DNA of 64,000 nt from positions 1 through 64,000 of the forward strand of contig NW_027273089.1 in NCBI RefSeq assembly GCF_040938485.1, in the 5' to 3' direction. Shown in pieces: positions 61,576 to 64,000 of this stretch. The number at the start of each line of letters is the position of its first letter. Positions within the stretch are counted from its first letter, which is position 1. The translations under genes and the position numbers were made by a program. Source of the stretch: Diadema antillarum. Taxonomy: Eukaryota. The notes below the pieces were generated by a model. It was not told the DNA's origin. It searched no databases and saw only the letters and a program-made list of their open reading frames with translations.

Positions 61576-63897
61576 ATTTTTTTAGAGCGATATGACAAGA
61601 TTGCGAGCCTAGAGTGTTGCCGCACTGATGGTGGTTTTATCATGGTAATGATGACGCGTGAGGAGATCAGAAGGAGGAAGAGGCTGAAGGAGGAAGAGGC
61701 TGGGTATAAAATCATGGCTATCCTATATTCCTATATTTTCGGGTACATAATGGTGGACAGTAGGGAGAGGGGGGGGGGGCGGTCATCGAGAAAAAGTTCG
61801 CTGGTCCCGAATCGATATCTAGATTGTCTCGGCCATTCCTACCAAGATCCTCCACTATCTTTAATCCATTGTGTCATCAGCGCGCACTTGCTTTCTCTCT
61901 TTGGTAACCAGCGACGCTTCGGTACCTTACCGAGTCTGCGTTACCGACTCCGACTTGACCTGCGTCTGTCTCTCGCCTCTTCCAATATGGACAGGTGCAT
62001 GTAAATTAGATCAGTGTCGCTCGTACCAGAGATACCATACCGCACAACCATAATGGTGTAAACATTGCGTGCGCTCGCAATGTTCGACGCGTCCCCTTCG
62101 ACCCGACCGTAGATCCCATGTACACCCTCCACCCGCGCCCGTCGTCTTCATGTTTATTTGGGAATCCAAGTGGGAACAACGGGGAGATTGATGCGCGTTT
62201 GTACACAGATTTACGTAGAATTTAGAGCTCCCCCAGCCCTTGAGAGTGGGTCAAAATGACCTTACTTTACGGTGTAAACTACGACCAAATTTCGCATTTT
62301 ACTAGCTGATGATTTCAAGCTTCACTGTATGCTATGTCTGTTTACTGGTTGGTAAGTATGAGCGCATCAATACAATACTACACTCTCTATCAATGCAGTA
62401 CCAGTAGTAGTGGCCAGTACACTGTCTGTAATTTACATGTAGATCTACATTTGTATAATATTATCCAGATCTATAGGGGTATGCCAGAGCAGAGAGGCCC
62501 TAACTTGTTAAATGTACACAATCACACAGGCTCCCCAGGCTTTATTGCCTTGGTCTCACACACACTGTCCAACTAGTAACACTATAAACGAACACTACTA
62601 CAGTCAAGACTGAACTAACTCATATTATTAGTATTTCAGTAGACAGACTCTAACTGATGCACCGTGTGAAGAAAATGATCAGTGGCATGTCACTCATATA
62701 ATCTTGTTCATATTATTAGTCACATCGTCATTAGTAGTTTGTCTCATGATTGATGAACGTGGGCGGTGCAATTATTTAAAATAGATAAATTTAAGTATTA
62801 TGAATATGCAGATCGAGGACCTAATCTTGAGACTCATTGAGACTTGATCTTGGGGACTGTTTTTATACTACAGTCAGTAAAAACTAATTTGGATACAGAC
62901 TTGTTGGCACAAATCTAGTAATACATCTATACCAGGTAAAATTGTGTATCCATGACCATCTACTGATCTAGGTATCTCAGATTCAGCTGAACCAAATTGC
63001 ACCGAAATCACAATAGCTTACACTGTATTTCCAAATATACCAATCGCTCATTTATATTTGAACCGTAGCCCGGCCCGACCAGACGCCATAATAAAATATG
63101 TGAAGCACGGCCTGTCATGACTTTCGTCATATCGTCATATCGTCGCAGCTGTGTATTTGATTTGAACCATAGCCTAGGATGTCGGCTTTCATGTCGTCAC
63201 TCAAAACAACTCACTTTTTTGCAAGGGATCACGGCAAACGCTGCCTGCAATATATCTATAACTGAAGTTAATCATCTAATATTATGAAATGAATTTTTCA
63301 GGCAACTGGGAGCAAAAAATCAAATGATTATAAATGGCAAATTGAATGAAGTCAGATGAGAAATTAGTTCCCAGATCGCACTAAACCACAGACTGACTGA
63401 CAGATGAAAGGCAGACATACAGACAGATAGACATACAGGTGTACACACACACACACACACACACAAAATGACGGACTTCTTTGAAATTGCCACAATCATT
63501 GCACCATTTAGCTCCTGTGTTGAGTTTTAATTTGCATAATATTAGATAGCTACTCACTTCAGTTCTAGCTTGTGCAGGCAGCATATGTGCCGCGATCTCT
63601 CACAAAGAGTGAGTTTTTTATTTAGCGATGACTTGAAAGTTGATGATGCTTTCTGACCACTGATTCCAATCAAATTCATGTGAGAGATTGCTTGGAAATG
63701 AGCTATTTAGTACATCCTGTGATTTTGGTGCCATTTGGTTCCGTAGAATTTGAGGTACATGTACACAGTTTGTATGATACGAAAGTGCAACATTGTACAT
63801 TTGTGCTAACATGTTTTTGTTGAACATGTGAATGCCAGTCTCACACTTTTACAAGTAAGTACAATTTCTGTACCAGAAACGTCTGTGTCTAGTTGTA

Positions 63898-64000
63898 CAG
63901 AGACTCCAACTCTCCCATTTTCGACGGGAGATCTCCCGCCGAAAACCCATTTTTGCAAAATCTCCCGTTCTCCCGCTTGAGAGGTAATTTCTCCCGCCCT
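63898..64000 (+). mobile_element. Start of a hAT-like MITE, cut by the window edge
   Basis: CAGAGACTCCAAC followed by repeated TCTCCCG motifs. Confidence 0.4.

Noticed and set aside
61519-62004. 161-aa ORF
   Set aside because: Starts in a compound trinucleotide microsatellite and has no recognisable domain.

Overview
AT-rich, intron-containing animal genomic DNA. The repeat types suggest an invertebrate deuterostome such as an echinoderm, which is an inference. Host genes: (1) the last five coding exons of a clan-2 cytochrome P450 on + (550-5105; N-terminus lies upstream of the window); (2) a complete 12-exon WDSUB1 (WD40-SAM-U-box) on - (57465-27580, 507 aa by my splice model). Main find: a 17,242-bp PIF/Harbinger DNA transposon (34280-51521) inside WDSUB1 intron 7, bounded by TIRs and a CTG target-site duplication. 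It carries two convergent, spliced, apparently intact genes: a 352-aa DDE transposase (+) and a 256-aa Myb/SANT-like protein (-). The Myb gene's ATG micro-exon is in frame with WDSUB1 exon 7. Also present: a near-perfect 220-bp palindrome carrying a minimal hammerhead-ribozyme-like motif (Penelope-like terminus), a ~2.2-kb local duplication containing a tandem ~1.08-kb unit plus a decayed RTE LINE, tRNA-derived SINEs, and many MITEs and microsatellites. All exon models were built by hand from GT/AG sites, phase continuity and motif recognition; no database search was run.
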